Program-made: the position numbers and the translations under genes
Assembly: GCA_900545135.1 (NCBI GenBank)
Contig: UQXL01000003.1
Location: 84,938 to 108,937, forward strand
Length of the DNA stretch: 24,000 bases
Direction of reading: 5' to 3'
Source of the DNA: an uncultured Eubacteriales bacterium
Lineage (GTDB): Bacteria > Bacillota > Clostridia > Peptostreptococcales > Anaerovoracaceae
The notes under the pieces: model-generated
What the model was told of the DNA's origin: nothing
What the model saw: the letters and a program-made list of their open reading frames with translations, nothing else
The model's database searches: none
Shown: in pieces, positions 22,515-24,000 of the stretch
Layout: each line of letters starts with the position of its first letter
How positions within the stretch are numbered: the first letter of the stretch is position 1

Positions 22515-23375
22515 CTATCGCTCGTACGCTTTCAAAATTTCCGGCGTATACTTGCCCTCATCGTCGTAGACCCAGATATTGCTGGGAAATTTCAGCTCAC
22601 TGCCTCCGCCCTTGATCATATGGACTAATAGCATGTTCGGCTCCGCGTCTTTTTTAGGGCTTATGAAGCGGATTTCTTTCGGCTCCAGACCGTTTTCCCT
22701 GCCGAAGCAGCAGATATCCGCCAACCTGAAAGGCCTGTGAATCATAAAAAATTCTCCCTTAGGCTTGAGCAGATGAGAGGCGCAGGCCATAAACTCCCCC
22801 AGACCGGCAGAGGTCTCATGCCTTGCCAGCATCTTAGGCGTTTTGTCATTGGTCAGTCCGCTGCCCCGCTGAAAATACGGCGGATTTGAGACAACCATGT
22901 CTGCTTTTCCCTTGAGCTTTCTGCCCCACTCGCACTCCAAATCACCGAAATTTCCAACATCATCGTTTATAAACGATATGCGTTCTTCCAGTCCGTTGGC
23001 ATCAGCGTTTCTGCAGGCTCTCTCCCAGGAATCCCGTTGAAACTCTATGCCATAGATTTTTTCAGGACAAATCTTATAATCCAATATGATAGGGATTACC
23101 CCGGTACCGGTTCCAAGATCCACCACGGTAGCTGGTTTTTCTCTGCCTTTGCGTCTTTTGGCGGCAAAATCGGCGAGGAGTACAGCGTCTATGCCGTAGC
23201 AGAAATCTTCAGGCTTTTGAATCAGCATTCTTCCACCGAAACCTGTATCGTCTATGCGCTCGCCCTCAAACAGCTCCGGCATGTCACGGCGTTTCCCGGC
23301 GACATCGCAGCTCCCGACGACATCGCAGCTCCCGACGATGCTGGCTTCGTTTCCTGAAAAGTTCATTTTATCCAT
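22515..23375 (-). CDS. SAM-dependent methyltransferase, tRNA (adenine37-N6)-methyltransferase-like (YfiC/TrmN6; B. subtilis YabB-like)
   Basis: Has VVDLGTGTGVI (SAM motif I) and VVSNPPYF (the NPPY catalytic motif). It follows ricT/yaaT as in Bacillus. ATG 23375 has an AAGGA RBS. The conserved domain begins near the alternative start M32 (23282). Confidence 0.8.
   Translation of the reverse strand: MDKMNFSGNEASIVGSCDVVGSCDVAGKRRDMPELFEGERIDDTGFGGRMLIQKPEDFCYGIDAVLLADFAAKRRKGREKPATVVDLGTGTGVIPIILDYKICPEKIYGIEFQRDSWERACRNADANGLEERISFINDDVGNFGDLECEWGRKLKGKADMVVSNPPYFQRGSGLTNDKTPKMLARHETSAGLGEFMACASHLLKPKGEFFMIHRPFRLADICCFGRENGLEPKEIRFISPKKDAEPNMLLVHMIKGGGSELKFPSNIWVYDDEGKYTPEILKAYER
23301..23336. 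repeat. Perfect 18-bp tandem duplication inside the 5' end of the methyltransferase ORF
   Basis: gacatcgcagctcccgac occurs at 23301-23318 and again at 23319-23336. On the minus strand it is in frame and doubles the hexapeptide VGSCDV. Confidence 0.9.
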
Positions 23376-23379
23376 AAAA

Positions 23380-24000
23380 TCAATCCTTGATGAGTTCTTC
23401 GATTTCTTTCATGGTATCTTCGTCGACGCCCTCAAAGATGTCCATATTTTTGCTGCTGTCCCTGCGCTTTTCAAAGCGCTTTATTTCCTGCTTTTTATAA
23501 GTATAAATGTCGGATGACAGCTTTTCATCCTGCTCGTCCTGAGCTTCTTCTCCTTTTTTACCTTTCGGTTTTTCGTCGGTATAAAGCCTTACTTTTATGG
23601 TATTTTCGAGAAGATTGGTTTCAACTACCTTGGCCATGCCATCGGGAGTTTTTATCTTTTCTCCCACGTCAGGCATGCCTCTGCGGAATTCCATATATAT
23701 GTCGTTTTCATATTTTAAACAGCACATCAGCCTTCCGCATATCCCGGAAATCTTCGATGGATTCAGAGAAAGATTCTGCACTTTCGCCATCTTTATTGAT
23801 ACCGGCTCAAAATCAGCCAGCCAGCTGTGACAGCAAAGCGCTCTGCCGCAGCTTCCTATGCCGCCCAGCATCTTAGCCTCGTCCCTTACTCCTATCTGCC
23901 TCAGCTCTATGCGCATCTTGAAAACCCCGGCCAGGTCCTTTACCAGTTCTCTGAAGTCCACTCTGCCGTCGGCGGTGAAGTAAAATACTATTTTGCTGTT
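23380..24000 (-). CDS. ricT: PSP1-domain protein RicT/YaaT (stage 0 sporulation / RNase Y regulator); the 5' end lies beyond the window
   Basis: GSCGRALCCHSWLADFEPVSIKMAKVQNLSLNPSKISGICGRLMCCLKYE is the PSP1 C-terminal domain. The reading frame stays open upstream of the track start (…FYFTADGRVDFRELV) to the window end. Confidence 0.85.
   Translation of the reverse strand, partial: NSKIVFYFTADGRVDFRELVKDLAGVFKMRIELRQIGVRDEAKMLGGIGSCGRALCCHSWLADFEPVSIKMAKVQNLSLNPSKISGICGRLMCCLKYENDIYMEFRRGMPDVGEKIKTPDGMAKVVETNLLENTIKVRLYTDEKPKGKKGEEAQDEQDEKLSSDIYTYKKQEIKRFEKRRDSSKNMDIFEGVDEDTMKEIEELIKD

Overview
This 24 kb chromosomal segment looks, by gene content, like a spore-forming Clostridia (Lachnospiraceae-like) genome. 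GC is mid-range by eye, with two visibly AT-rich islets at about 7.64-8.34 kb and 11.2-11.75 kb. The right half (12-24 kb) is conserved housekeeping and sporulation: a QueG-like Fe-S protein, tRNA-Leu, a choloylglycine-hydrolase-family Ntn hydrolase, a two-subunit class I fumarate hydratase, class 3 fructose-1,6-bisphosphatase, spoIID-murA-abrB, a DUF948 protein, spmA-spmB, a YfiC/YabB-type methyltransferase and ricT/yaaT. The left half (0-12 kb) is accessory and stress-related. It holds a MarR plus ABC exporter, and a Zn/Cd-type P1B ATPase whose HMA domain is a separate gene under a consensus promoter buried in nested palindromes. It also holds a patatin-like lipase, a MarR-nitroreductase-nitroreductase(pseudogene) operon, an AT-rich lipoprotein gene, a MATE pump, and a frameshifted PBECR-like phage/ICE gene next to tRNA-Arg. 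I found no CRISPR array, no intact mobile element and no recognisable defence or toxin-antitoxin operon. Three things stand out. (i) Two paralogous proteins lack a signal peptide and fuse an extremely Cys-rich N-terminal module to 2-3 Listeria-Bacteroides (Flg_new) repeats; they share a conserved 5' block and bracket the nitroreductase cassette. (ii) Upstream of the MATE gene sits an orphan consensus promoter, an ~88-nt structured RNA and an intrinsic terminator with a built-in antiterminator mimic, a candidate unclassified attenuator or riboregulator. (iii) Short tandem duplications recur exactly on gene termini. All family calls come from motif recognition by eye, not from database searches.
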